64,000 bases of DNA, taken from contig NC_045697.1 in the NCBI RefSeq assembly GCF_009834535.1, positions 22,012,001-22,076,000 on the forward strand. Reading direction: 5' to 3'. The notes below the pieces were generated by a model. The model was not told where the DNA came from. It worked only from the letters and a program-made list of their open reading frames with translations, and made no database searches. The position numbers and the translations under genes were made by a program. The stretch comes from Camelus ferus (lineage: Eukaryota). Position 1 is the first letter of the stretch. Each line of letters opens with the position of its first letter. Below are positions 1 through 14,083 of this stretch, piece by piece.

Positions 1-1944
1 ACTTTCAACATTATCTTTCACGAGCAGGAAACTGGTTGGTTAGATTTTATCATTTTGTCCTATCTCACATTTACATTTCCAAGACTCAGTTAATTCATTG
101 GATATTTACTTCATTTTCTGGCTCGTGGATCAAACTCTTAGTTTATCCATCATCTGGAAACACTTTGACTGCTTTCTGCTCCCCTCTGTGAGTGTTTTAA
201 GGCTCCCCAAGTAGCTCTCAATTTTTCAGGCACAGGATTGCAATTTCAGTGGCATTTAACAACAGCCGAGTTTGCTATTCACTTTGTTTCATTAACATCT
301 AGTCTCCGTTTCTCTCAGGCAGCTTATTGCTTTGGTATATGAATACTAGCCAGTTCTGCTTCTATTTCCAAAGGTGACCAATACTATGGTCCAAAAAGGA
401 TAGTGATGATAGCTTAAGTTTACATCATTTTACATTTTTATTATAAGCTTTAAGGATGGAAATGCATTAATGCTCAACTTTGGACAAACGTAATTGGAAC
501 TAGAAAGCTGGGATGCAGTCTAACGTTTTTGCTTATATAGTGCACAGTTGTCTGTCTGGATTGATCTCTGTCCCTCTCTGATTCAGAAAGGGTGTTTCTG
601 TAAAATACTTATTTAGAAGAAAAACAAGAAAAAAATAAAATCATGGATTAAGAATGACACACTTTAACATTAAAGAATAGGCTGTTCTAAAGCAGAAATT
701 AATTGCATTAGTTTTAACAAATAGTTTTTTTTTTTTGCGTTCTCTGGCTTCTGACAGTTATCTTGATTTGTCTTGAACATCCAATTTAGGATGTTCAGGG
801 CAGTTTTGTTGGTGGTGGTGGTGGTGTTTAATTACTACATTGGTTCCTTTTATATGTAGACTTGAGCTAAGGAGAGCGAGTAGAGAAAACGGCTCATGAT
901 GGAGTTGAGTGGAATTCCAGAAATCTCTGGGTTAGGCAAAGAAATTCTCTCACTGCCTGCTGACCTCACCTCAGATCTTCACAACTTTGTTTCTTCTTGG
1001 AAGGCAATTTTCCCTCATTTCGGAAGATGTCAAGCTTCCCTGTCTTTTAAGACACAACTTAGGTTTCTTTAGCCAAAGAGCCCTCTTCCTCCTCCCCTCA
1101 CCGCAGTTCTCTCCTCGGGGCTCTCCTAGTTTTAACTGTGGGGCTTGTATCTTCCCCACCCACCCCAAGATTAGTAATCTGTTGATGTGTATATATTTGC
1201 ATATCTCTTCAAAAGATAAAGGATTCCTCAGAACTGGGATGGTGCTTTGTCTGTCCCCCCATGCCTCAGGCAGTGCCTTTCGCATGACTGGGCTCTGTAA
1301 CCTTTGGCTTGCTTTCTGACTGAGATTCCCTGATTCTCACAGTCAGCCAGTCAATGCATATTGATTGCTGGGCCATCCAACCTACTGCATTCTCTTGTTA
1401 GGCCCCAGATCATTCGTATTCTGTAGTCAGGGCCGAGTACAATTCCTAGGATGCGATATGGTATTGTCCAGCCCTTTCCTTCCATGGCCAGTCGTCGTTG
1501 ACTCCCAATCTAACAGCCCTCTTTTCTGAAGAGTGTAGATTAAACAGTGCTGATGAATGGCCTTCCTGTGTGTGTGCACGTTTACAGGTGTAAATGGGTA
1601 TAAACATCCTTTCTTTGATTGGATGGGATTTGTCTTCTGTGTTCCGTTCCTCTCCTTTTTTTTTTTGGCAGTTTGGACGATTTTCGAGTATGTTGAAGCT
1701 GTTTCTTATATATTCACAAATTTAAGTAATTATGATGGAATCCTGAGTCTGATAAATACATAGGCTTCTAGGACTGAGCTTCATAACACATTCATTTATA
1801 GTAGTTTAGGAATAAACTAAAAATCAGCATAATTTTGCTTATTATTTCTTAAACTGTGGCAAAAATGGAGATATTTGCAGTTATGACGTAGCTGTTTATT
1901 TTTTAAAAGATTCCAAGTCAGATTTAAGAAATAATAATGAGAAG

Positions 1945-2135
1945 ACATAATGTAGAAGAAGAAAATCTTTGACTAGGAGCCAAATGTCTTGGTTTGGGGC
2001 CCTGATTCTACCATTATCTATGTGATTTTTATGCAAGAAAATTAAGCTCTCTTTAATTCCCTCATATGTAAAATGAGCAAAATTATAATTGCTACTTCAC
2101 AAGGACTTTGTGAGGTTAAGTTAGATAATTAAGTG
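1945..2135 (+). mobile_element. MIR SINE fragment
   Basis: MIR core-like 'ttccctcatatgtaaaatgagcaaaattataattgctacttcacaaggactttgtgaggttaagttagataat'; diverged, boundaries approximate. Confidence 0.65.
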
Positions 2136-3062
2136 TAATCTTGTAATAAACATCTAAATAGGTGATATAGTAGCTAATAATCATAATTGACGAGTTTTGG
2201 TACATCATTTATATAAAATCAAAATAAAGTAAAACACCAAAATACCATCCAGAATTGTCGTTCTCATAGTCCTTTCACCAAATCCTGTGTTTACCTTGTG
2301 TCCCGCTTTCTATTTCAAATGATTTGCCAGTATTTGTTTAAAACATAGATAAATGTTCAGTGTTGATAATGGCCCTGCCCTGGTTCAGCTCCTATATCGT
2401 GAATTTTTGCTCTAAAATACAAATATCCACTTCCTGTTCCTAGATTGCAGAAACTACCATCAATCTGGTTTTCTGTGTCATGGAATCGGCTCTGTTTTTC
2501 ATTTGATACCTTTTACTTTTCCCTAGATCTGAACATCAGTCAGGGGAAAAAGATTATGAATATTCATAGACTCCTTTTACATATTGCCAATTACATGCAA
2601 ACACATTCAACAGACACTTGCACATTCTACACCAATTATGTAGGTGTGTGATTTAGTTTTGAAGCATACCTAATAGAAATAAGTAGAAAATAGATACATA
2701 TTCCTCTCAAAATACATGTATTTCCTTGAGTATGGTTTGGAAGTTTTTTTTCAGAACTGTCAAGAGTGTGTTGATTCCTTTGTGTGAGTATTTAGTGTGT
2801 TCTTGCCCCTGAGTCTGAATCCCATTCCTGTTCTGTGTGGAATTCAGCTCCTTTTCCTAGTGCGAGTCACCAGTTCTTGACCAGGGAAGTCGGGAAAAGG
2901 AGAACAAAGCTTTTATAAGTTGACTTTTTTTCTGATAATTTTTGATAATTAAATTCCAAGCTTATTTCAGTCTCTGTGGTTAGGAAATGGAAATGGAAAC
3001 TGAGTGAGATACAGAGATGGCCTGGTGAAACGCGCTCCAGGAATGACTTGGTTTCATCTCAT

Positions 3063-3142
3063 TGTGTGTGTGTGTGTGTGTAGTGTGTGTGTGTGTGTGT
3101 AGTGTGTCTGTGTCTGTGTGTCTGTGTGTCTGTGTGTCTGTG
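3063..3142. repeat. compound (TG)n / (TCTGTGTG)n microsatellite
   Basis: two TG runs interrupted by TA, followed by TCTGTG(TG) units; directly visible. Confidence 0.95.
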
Positions 3143-4127
3143 CATGGGTAATAGAGCAAATTGAGGAGAAAGGCTGAAAGGGGAAGACAAAGGCTGCATC
3201 TATACGACTCCAGCAGAATTGGACCTGACTCAGAGATTGGTTCGGACTGATTTACTGGAGCCTGTCTCCTCAGTAGCAGTGATCTGAAAATTGCTTCCAG
3301 GGCCATCTTAATTAGCTGATTCAAATCAAAACAAACACATACTGGTAACATCCATTTCCACCCTGACCCTCACCAACAATTGTTTTCAGAATAGTGATTC
3401 CTAAGTAGTTCTCAGCACACTCAATAAATGATTTGAGGTGAGCGCTTTTGTTTTTAAACATGAATCTTTAATGGTGAGGAAAGAGTCCGTTTTTCTTGGC
3501 TTTAGTGACAGGTGGATATTAGTACATAGATGCGTTTATTCAGTGCATCAAAGCTTAAAACCACAAAAACGTGAAACCTGCCCTTACATAGTTAATTTAT
3601 GAAATGAGAGCGTTCTGTTCCTCAAGAACATTTTAATAAGAGGATTTCATTATGCTGCATGGCAGAATAGTGACGGTATTACTTAAATGCATTCTCTTTC
3701 TTGGATATGTTAAATTAAAAGTATGTCAGGTCTTGAAAATAGAAAATGAAACATTTGGACACCTCTGATTTTCTGTTTTTTTACTTGTTTATTCATTTAT
3801 TTAAAACCTTGCAGAAAGTCTTAGATAGTATCTTTCCTTTAAGGAAAGAAAATAATGACTATTATATAGAAAGAATTAAAAAGAGAAGGTTAATGAAATT
3901 TTAGATGGACAGACTAAATTTAAGAAAGAATTAGGAAAAAATAATATGCCAGTAAAATAAAGAGCATTTACTACAGTTAAAAAAAGCCTCTCTTCCATAA
4001 TCTATCATATGATAAATAATAGAAAGTCAAAGATAACCACATGATTTCAAAATATTAAAATTAGATAAAAGTGATACTGTGATGTGACAAGTAATATGAT
4101 TTCCTTAATTAGCCAGTCCCAAACAGT

Positions 4128-4310
4128 CATTCACTTATTAAAGCAATAATTATTGAGGGCCAACTATGTGCCAACACGGAGAATGAAGCAGTAAACAGTG
4201 GACGTGATGTTTGCCCTCGTGGAGTGCACTGTAGCCTTATGGAGGATGAAAATGTTAAATGAATAACTTAGTAAAAATAGTTAAACTGAAATATTTGATA
4301 AATGCTGTGG
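4128..4310 (-). mobile_element. L2 LINE 3' end fragment
   Basis: 'cattcac...tattgagggccaactatgtgccaac...gcagtaaacag...tgccctcgtggag' resembles the reverse complement of the L2 3' end. Confidence 0.65.
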
Positions 4311-5703
4311 CAACAACATATATAGATGAAATATAAACATAAGATAAACTATGTTCATTTTAAACTTACAGTTTAAATCATAAAGACTCACTTTATCATC
4401 AATTCCTTGGTAAATTTGTGCTTCTTGTGTAATTAGCCTGAGCATCCCAAGTTATGTTAACGTTTAGAGCTACTAAAGGAAGAAAAAATATTAATTCTAT
4501 TTCTAAGGAAAGATAAAAAATTTAATTAAAAAAATTAAGACATTTCATAGCTGCTTAGATTTATACAGCGCATATGGATAATCTGCAGTCAGAGCCATTT
4601 TTAAACATTGTCTTCTCTTGAATATAATTAAAAATTAATCATTATTTTTTTACATCATTTACTTTCAAAAATTAATTGGTTGATTATTCAGTGAAAGAAA
4701 TAATCTACGTCTTCTCTAATTTTGATTCTCACGTGCTGATGTGTTGTGACACTGGAAATTAGCACGATACTGATTTTTAAAAATTCTAATTCTTAAGGAT
4801 TCTAATTTTTTCGGTAGCGAACTATATCACTTTTAGTTTATGGAAGTGATTTATTGTCTTTTCGGCAATATTCAAACTCATGAAAGGTTTTACTGACATC
4901 AATTTCACCATAAAACTGGAAAGAGTATTCTGTGTACCTTTTGGCACTGAGAGGAAAAATAAGCCAACTGGTCAGGCTCAAGTTCAAAGAAATAAATACT
5001 CAACACTATTTAAAACTCACCTTAGCACCAAAACATTTTGAAGGAGTATTATCATCACTTTTATTTGTGGAAAACATTGTCTTTTTATGGTCATGACTTT
5101 GAAAGGGAGAGTAATTCATCCTTGACCAGAGATCAGCAGACCATTTGTTGATAGCATGTAAATTGCTCAGATTTCTATAGACAGTGAGCTGTGTGATAAT
5201 TGCATTTAGAGACTAAGAGCTACTTTGAAAGGTGTGAACATTCAGATCAAGCTCACTTCCTGAGATCTTAGGGACAGTAAATTGTAAAAGCAGTGGTAAC
5301 AAAATTACCATTTCAATCTTATTTGTATTTCCAGTGTAAATAAAACCAACAACTCCCCCTCCCCTGACCGCCCATCTTCTGGTGACACTTCAGAGCCTTC
5401 AAATGCTTGAAGCCCGAAACACAGTTAATTCCGTGTTTCTTTTACCATGCAAATATCTCTTGTCAGAGATAGCATCCAAGAGATTAGCCCAGCAGTATTG
5501 ATCTCGATGCCCCAGGGTTGTTAGTTGTAGCTGGAGCTGTTATGTCTCCTTGACTTCTGAAAGAAGTTATGGCCACTGCAAATACATCTTAAAGACGGAA
5601 GGAATACTATCAGTCAAGATGTGCATCCAAGCTTTGGAACTAGGCTAGCAAAACCCTACTCACATCCCTGTAAAGCAGACATATATTTTTGTATTTTTTA
5701 TAG

Positions 5704-5774
5704 GTGGATACAGTGCAGACCACGAACCCCCCCTGGCCACATTGAGGAATCGTGTAAAATGAATGTATGTGCTC
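5704..5774 (+). other. weak candidate exon (71 nt)
   Basis: T-rich acceptor 'tttttgtattttttatag|' and donor '|gtaagt'; no homology recognised, may be a pseudo-exon. Confidence 0.15.
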
Positions 5775-7714
5775 GTAAGTGAAATACATCTAATGTTCCA
5801 ACTCAGTGTGTTGGATCCCAAAAGACTTGAATTTGTCTTGTGTAGAAAGAAATCGATTCCCAAGGGGCAGGACCGCTAGCTGATTAAAATGAAGCTCTGA
5901 TTTTGAAGAAAACAAAAATGGCTTTAAAATAAAATCTCTGCAAAAAAGGAATCAAACTATACTTTGCAAACAACTGAAAAAGAAAATCAAGCTCTCAGTA
6001 TGGAATAAAGAAGGGATGTGAGAGAGGTTTTGCAATCTTGTCAATTACTGTGGAGAAACAGAATAAAAAATCATCATCTCAGGAGTATGAAAAGAAGAAC
6101 AGGAAGTCCCTTTCCTTCGGTTTGCACTTGAATGGACTCAAGCAAAGAGTGGAGACATGTATCCTGTTACTGTTTATGGTTAATAACGTGATTAGTATAG
6201 ATGTGATTTAATTTGCTTTGCTTGAATTAATTGAATGCATTCTGTAGAAATCACCTGAGCCTGTGCTAGATCAACAAAGAAAATGGAAATGTATACCTCA
6301 GGACTGAATTCCGAGAAAGTTATGCTGTTCAATGCTATTTAATGAGGGCCGAGGAAGAAATACTACTGCCAATCAGGGAAAGTGAGAAAATAGTGGACAC
6401 GAGAGAAAATAAAATTTAGGTCATTCTGATATTTGTTGAAACATCACTTATTATGGTATAAAAGCAGAAGATCCCAATATTTCTCACAGACATTTTACCA
6501 ATTTCTGACTGAATTTAACGTAAACCCCGTGTTAAAGGAATGTATGGCCATTATATCAGTAGGAAACTGGCCTTTTAAATTTGTGGTCCTATGCATTTAC
6601 GTATGCAGAGGAGGGCTTTTGAATTTTATTAAAGATGAATTGCATGCAGGAAATACCTCTTTGCATTACAGTTACCTGCTCAGTTGAAGATACTATATAA
6701 AGTCTAATTTTTGTATGGGTGTGAGTGTATATGTATGCATTTGTGTGCGTGTGTACATATATAAGTGGAAGGAGGTAAAATTTAATGCTTGACATTTGCA
6801 CTTTGGTTTGTTACCTAGAATATAAAGAGATAGAGTAAAGCCATTTCACATGGGTCATGATTGTTATGAAAGATTATTATTCACAAAGGAAGCAGTTCTA
6901 AAAATAGAATGACTACTGCAACGGCTCTCCAATTATGTGTAATATTTAATGCAATTGAGCCATTTAAATTAAGATGGTAGCAATGTCTGAAAAATAATGA
7001 GAGTAGGCTCCTGTGAAGTCAGTTTGAAGACAGTTGGAAAGTTGTGCTCTTCACTCAGTGACAGAGGATGTGAATCACGGATGCTCTTGGAGATGAGACT
7101 CGGGAAATATTTGTTTTCTGACTACAACTTATTAATCTTCTAATAAGTTACATGTATTATTTTTCCACTTTCCTTCGATCGAAATTATGTAACAAGTCAT
7201 CATATATCATAGAATAGTGAGTATTTAAAACAGACTGAAGTATTACATATTTTTTGTGGTCACCATGTGCCATAATAATTTTGAAACTATTGTTCTTTGG
7301 TATTTGTATTCATTTCTCTTATCTTGCTGATTAACTTTATAGTCGGAATTTTTACCTCTTCTTTCTATGTGACAATCAACTGAAAGGTACCCTATCTATA
7401 CTCTTACAGGGATTTTTGTCTTTATTTATGCTATTATAATAAGTTATAAGTCTACAAACTGTATAATTCCATTGTATTGAATATTTTTATGTGACCAAAA
7501 TAATAATAAAAAACCTCTACTTTATAAAATTCCTTGTCTTTCCCACTTTAATAGTCTCTTAAAACGTAGTAGGACATTCAACATATTCATGTTGCTGGCT
7601 TTTAGACGACGGTGTCTACTTCTTTTAGACATTATTCTTTACCATTTGAGGGTGAAGAGCTTAGCCGTTTAAGATAAAGAGCAAAGGTTTGACAGAGATA
7701 AATTGGAGAATGTT

Positions 7715-7895
7715 TGGAGAAAAGCACCCTTAACAGGGTCAGGAGTCTTGACTCCAGATTTTACTCTGCCACCAAACAGCCAGACCTGAAGGATACATTT
7801 TTTTTTTTTTTGAGTGCTCAGTTTTCTCATCCATAAATGATGAGTTTGGATTGCACTATCAATCTGAAGATCACTTAAATTCTTAAATCTTGATA
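7715..7895 (+). mobile_element. MIR (MIR3/MIRc-like) fragment
   Basis: 'actctgccaccaaacagc...ctcagttttctcatccataaatga...gatcacttaaattct'. Confidence 0.6.
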
Positions 7896-9249
7896 AGTTA
7901 ACTTAATTCGTAGATTGATAACTTAGAAGTGTTACAGTGTGTTACAGAATACTGATTATATCAACATTCGATATTGATCATCTGTATTAAGAGAACCATG
8001 TGCTGTTTTCCACTTAAAGTGACCTAAAGCTCAACATATGCCTTAAGACCAAGAAAAAATATGAATTTACAGTTGTTACTCTTCCAACCTTAGTTAGCCT
8101 TATTAGAAATATGTACTGAGGTATAAATAATCACATCTGGGATCAATGGCTCCCTCTAAGTTAATTGAACCAAGTGGCACCCAAGTAGAAAATCACTCAA
8201 TTTGTATCAAAGGAAACCTTTTTGTACTGCACTGAGTTGAATACATTCCCTGGCAGAATTTATTAAAGTGCTAGAACCAGTTTTTCTTGCTCTTTACTCC
8301 GGAAGGATTGATCAGCACATGAAGGTCTGCGGGACTTCAAAGGAGTTTCTGGACTTGGATCAGCCTGGTTGGGTTCAGAGGAGGAGGAAACACTGGCCCC
8401 TGATGTTTATTGCTGTAGGCGCTTTCATCTAATAGTAATTCTCTGCTGAGGAGAAGCAACAGGCAGAGGAGTCTTGTAACTGTTACAATTTCACGATTAA
8501 TGTTTAGTCATGAAGTGCCTCACACAGAAAAACGGTACTTTTATTTTAGTTTCCTGCTACTACTCCAACTGGGAAAGGTCAGAGAAACAGTGGGAAGCAA
8601 AATGAAAGCAGATATATCATGTGGATTTTTTTTTTCATTGCAGCATACTGACTTGCAAAATAGTGTCACTTTCAATATCACAATGATGGCATGGATAATC
8701 TTCAGGGATCCTTATTTAAAGAATTGGTCAGACTGAACTTGTTTTCATTTAGGTGAACTTCTGGCCCCTGATGAGGCTGATTTTGATAGTAAAATTTAAT
8801 TTTGTCAATTTAATCTTGTCTTTACAAGAATAGAAATTTAGATGGGAGACTTGCAAGCTTCCACCTACCAAGCCTCTCCCAAGTCCCACTATCTCTACAT
8901 AAAACTACCCTTGCCTCTTGCCTCTATCCATTTGGGGAAAAAAAAGAAAAAAAGGTGGCAGGGAGAGGGAGCTTAGTGCTCAAGGGAAATGGCTATATAA
9001 AGCAGTGGAACAACTGGGCGTGAGAGTTACCACTTGAAAAGTTATACCCGGAATCCATCAGATTGGATGCACATAGGTACACATTTCACAAAGATATAAA
9101 GGAAAAATTAAAATATTTTTGGGAGGATTAAAATATGTTTCTAGTTTTAGTTCTTTTTATTTTTTGGACTACTATAAGTCTGTTTCCCTGTTTTGGTAAA
9201 TATAATGTAGTTAAACAGATTTTAATATTTCCTTGAGAACTTTTTAACT

Positions 9250-9460
9250 TTCGGCTCTGTGCAGATGGTATACTAGTTGCTACGTTTAATATTTATAGCA
9301 ACTGCATGAGGCGGATACTATTATTGTCATGGTACCCATTTCACAGCTGAGAAAATGAGAGAGTTTTGGTAGATTTGCAAATCTACAGAATTAGCAGGAG
9401 GTAGTACTGGGCTTTGAGCCCTGTCACTCTGGTTTCAGAGGCGACACTCAACAGATGGGC
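9250..9460 (-). mobile_element. MIR SINE
   Basis: 'tattattgtc...cccatttcacagctgagaaaatgag...gctttgagccctg..tctggtttcagag' resembles the reverse-complement MIR core. Confidence 0.7.
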
Positions 9461-9927
9461 CACAGAGCTTTCATGTCAAATGTTATTATAGATGGGGGTG
9501 CAAAGTAGGTTCTGGAACTATTTAGAGGTGCAGAGATAAATTTTGTGGTTTGTAGATCACACATTTATTAGCCTGAGTGAGGCAGATCCAGCATGCATGA
9601 CTTGGACATGAAAGGTATTCAGAAATTCTAGTACACTGAAATATTGGATCAAGATGGAATCTGTGATAAAAGGTCTGCTCTAAATACTGTATATGGAGGA
9701 GAAGAGAAATTTGTCTCTAAACTACCTGCATTGCATGTTTAAAATATATTAATATAAATATGTACTATTTGCATCAATTCTTTTTGAAAATGAAGACTTT
9801 GCCGCTGGAATCTGGGTGGACTGAGGAAAATGGCAGCTTCGTTCTTTGAGTAGGAAGAGCTCACAGTCTAATGGGAAGTCCAGCCATGCAGGCTAATTAT
9901 TACAGTGCCATGTGTGAACTGTGACAG

Positions 9928-10170
9928 AATAGCACAGTAGTTAAGAGTTCTGTGTCTAGAATCCAGGCTGTTTGGGTTTGAAACGTGGTTCAAACACATA
10001 AATTGAATGACCTTTGAACAAATAACATCTCTCTGCCTCCGTTTCTTCACATGTAATATGAAGTTAATAACAGTATTTGCCTCATAAATTAGCTGTGATT
10101 ATTAAGTGAGATTTAGCCAGGCAAAGTAAGTATGACATAACAAGAACTCAATAAACACTGGTAATTATTC
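9928..10170 (+). mobile_element. MIR SINE, near full length
   Basis: 'agcacagtagttaagag...tgggtttgaaac...tctctgcctccgtttcttcacatgtaatatg...ctcaataaacactggtaattatt'. Confidence 0.8.
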
Positions 10171-12937
10171 ATCTTCTTCTTGTCGTTTTTCTAGTTGACA
10201 TGAATAGAGTGTAGTGGCTGCTGATTGAGATGGTCATGGGCCAAAATAAACTCAACCTCACTGGCAAAAGTGAAATCAAAGGCACTTCACAGAGAAGTAT
10301 AATGCCAAGCCCTCAATATTCTCCATATGCCAGGGTGTGAAACTCAGAAAAATTGTGCAGGTACCAGTTCTCCAGGGAAATCCATCAGTTTCTGATCTGC
10401 TACAATTCAAATCTGGGAGCTCGGGGAGCTGTAATTTTTTCAGGCATAGACAAGTGAAAGGAAACTGTGAGAGCTGAAATCAAACCTTTGTCACAGTTCA
10501 ATGATGAAAGTTTCCAAAAGGTCAGAGAGCAATTTTTGAAGATCACTTTATCCACGGTCATAAAGGAACACGATTTTCTCCCATTATTAGTAGCTTAAAA
10601 ATTGTGAAATGTAAGAATGAGAAATTATTTGTAGGGTTATTAAAAAACTAAGGATCATGCTGATTGTGACAACCTATCCACAAATAAGTAGTTATTATCC
10701 TTTGTAAATATCCAATACATATCTATTATATATGGTGAGGGATTTATTTTCAAAAAGTCCTTCATTGAGCAAAAAAGTGGCATTACATTTATTAGATGAT
10801 AAGATTTGAATGTATGAAATATAAATAAAATAAATACTGGCTGAATTGAACTGGATCGTATTTAATATCTGGAAAGTCAGAGGATTTCATTTTTAACACA
10901 GTAATTGGTTATGTAAGCATATACGAGAGGAGAAAACAAATAAACAACCATTGAAAATGCTCAATTTTGCCTATTTGAAACTACTTTTGGATGAAATATA
11001 TTGCATAATAATTGTGACTGTGGAACGTGTAGACCTCAGAAATGGCGCTGTGTTCCTGGAAACGCATAGCATTGCTGGTGAAAACGTGAGAAAGTTATAT
11101 TTTAAGTTCACATCACAATTTAGTGGCTGAGCATCTGAAAAGAGATAAAGCCAAGTACAGATTTTTAGTATACCTTGCGTTTCGATAATTTTTACTGTTT
11201 TTGTGAAAAATCTGCCTATTCTCTGTTTTTTATGAATGTTAATACCCCAATAATAACCTATCTTATGCTGCTTTTTGTGAATTTCTAATGAGGAGTTAAA
11301 ATTAATTTGATTAAAAATGAATATCTTTCTAGACTCTGTCCTTAGATGTTAGAGGGAAAAGGCACATTTCCTATGGTAAATGATTGGAGTTCTGAGATCG
11401 GGTACAGCTCTGCCTGGTTTTTAATTGCTACTGCCCAATTGTGTCAGCGAAAATTCTGTCTCAGTAGCAGCTGAAGGGGACCCGGGTCTCTAATCTTTCT
11501 CCCTGTGTCAAGCTGTTAAAAGATGGGTCAGCACGGACTTTTTCTCCCCTATGTGTCAAGCTCATGTAAGCAGCAGACATTTGGTATTTACATACCAGGC
11601 AATCAGAAACTGGCTGCCTCCTAATAAGACATTTCAAGTAGGGATAGTGTAGTCTACACTTCCTGCTGGTTGACTTTTTAAAACCCTTGCGTGTTTATTG
11701 AATACAAACCTGCCGTTGTTTGGAAGCCCAAATTGAAACGTGGTTGATAGAGTCATGTCACTGAACAAAATACATGTTAAAGAAAAGACTGATATTAAGG
11801 AAATCTATCACATGAGCTTTTTAAATAAAAATCCTATGATGACTTGTCACATAGATGCCTCACTATTTAGATGGAGATGTTTGAGAAAATGTTTTTGAGG
11901 ATGACTTGCTATTAGTACTACACTAAAAGAGGTTACATTCAAGTGAATACCAAGGATCTATAAACACAGGATCTTGTCATCTTCAATTTTTTAATCTTTC
12001 AATAAACCATCTTTTATACCGGGAAGAAATGCAGTCCATATCTTGCACCAGGGTTGCTCAGCCATCCTGTGCTCCTGGCATCTGAGATTAGCATTTGGAT
12101 TAAAGAGCTTGATTAGAGGATTCTAAATTAGTGGTTACCAAGTGGCAATGACACAAAAGTTAAAACAAAGTAATACAGCAGTCCATTTCAAGCAGTATAT
12201 TTCTTATAGCTGTTAATTAGCAGTTTAATTAGCATGATGTTTCATGTTGTGACCTAAGCCATTGTACTCCCAATGGGTCTATCAGAGACAATGAAAAAGA
12301 AAAAAATTGAAAAATGAAAGAAAGCATCAGAATTGTTGATGGTTATATCAAATGCCACCAGAATTAAAAATAATTCTTTATTTTAAAAGAAGAGAACATG
12401 CATATGCTTTCTTTTTTTCTGAATTCAGAACAGATTTTTTTTAAGGCATTTTTACGGTTTGAAATACTTTCGTGAATTAAAAGCATATCAAATCACTCTA
12501 TGTGCAATAGTGTCAAATGTAGTACATTTTCAATTCCAAGTGACCACAAGTAAATGCTTAAAGAATATACTTAGATAAAAAAGAAGTTCCTCTCATGATT
12601 TTGAGAGAAAACACAAAAGATATGTATTAGGGTGATCATATTTTTGAATGTATAATGTGATTCTTGGGATTCTATTAAGGGCCATTGAAATCACATACAA
12701 AGGACTGCATTTTGGAAAGGCACAATGGGACTCTGCCTTTGGACAGGCCTGAGGGGGAAAAATATGCATCTTTGAAATAATCTGTCAAGTACCTGACATG
12801 AAGGGGTCTCTCACCCCTCCTTCCCTCCCCAGTGAGAACATATTCAGATTGTGTGTGTTTGTCTTTATTACATGAAATGGAAGTTTCTGCCGAGCCAGAC
12901 AGTCATCCACCAGCTGATTGGTTCTTCCTTTTTACAG

Positions 12938-12970
12938 CAGTGTGTAGAGTGGCCACAGTGGTTGTGAACA
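12938..12970 (+). other. weak candidate microexon (33/30 nt, NAGNAG acceptor)
   Basis: 'ctgat...ttcttcctttttacag|cag...gaaca|gtgagt'; only the phase-1 frame is open (VCRVATVVVN). Confidence 0.2.
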
Positions 12971-13884
12971 GTGAGTTATAAAATATAGCGAACCTTCTGA
13001 AGGTACTTTTCTTTTCATTTTACACTGCTGACAATTCAGAACTTGCACAGAAGTAAAAGATTTTACAGATCTGACTAATATCCTAGATTTTGTCAAGCTT
13101 TCTCTTTCCCAATCACTGAAATCTGCTGGCTACCTCCTCATGGCTGTGTAATTAGGCTATTGGTTTCCTTTGAGATTGCATACTACAGCAGGTCCAAAGG
13201 GCTTTTTTTTTTTTTTTCCCTTTCAAAAATTATTCTGTAACCTCTTTTGGCAGTTAATGTACGGGTGCCATTTGGAGCGTAACTTTGGTTATTATGTTGC
13301 TCACAGATATTTTATTGTACACAAAACTGAGTATTTATGGAAATCTAGACACTGTTATGCAAAACCTTATAAAGAGAAAAAAAGCCAGTTAAGTTGTTTT
13401 TTACCTTCCTTACTCTTTTCCTTTGTCTAACACGTCAATTCACATTGTTCCCTTTTCATTTAGCAGAATTTTTTTGTCAAATAGAAGAGAAAGCATATGA
13501 ACATATATCGATAGCATATGATCAATTGCAAGTTCTGTTTTCTAAAATAAGGACAAATTTGAATTTGTGATAAAAGCCAATTCCGTAAACATCTGTGCTA
13601 GGTCGGACACAAAAATGTGTGATACTTCGGTTTCTTTCTTTTTAGTTGGTGGCATTGTATTTTCAGCAATCAGAAAGCTGCAACTTAATTTTTGGTCTGA
13701 TAGTTAGCTGATTATGATGATCTGCTCTGAGAGTGATCTTTCAGTGTAAACATGTTTGTTAAGCATTTGAATTGCTATATTTTGTCCTCTCTTGGGAGTT
13801 CCTTAAAAATATGTGATTTAAAGGTATATATAATTCACGAATTGACAGATGATGTATTTAGAGCATCCACTGTGGATCAGTCTT

Positions 13885-14083
13885 TGACACTTTGGGCGAG
13901 TTCCTTAATCTCTCATGTATTTAAATGAAGATGTTAGTAGTCTCATGGTAATATTAGGAAATGTGCACGAATCTGTATGCTATGTAAGTTATATGTCCTA
14001 TAATGAGTTAATGTAAGTTAATACATAGCACTTATGGCACTGCCTGGCATAAGGTGAGGAAGTATAAATAACAGCTATTATTA
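13885..14083 (+). mobile_element. MIR SINE fragment
   Basis: 'tttgggcgagttccttaatctctc...agcacttatggcactgcctggcataag...ataacagctattatta'. Confidence 0.7.
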
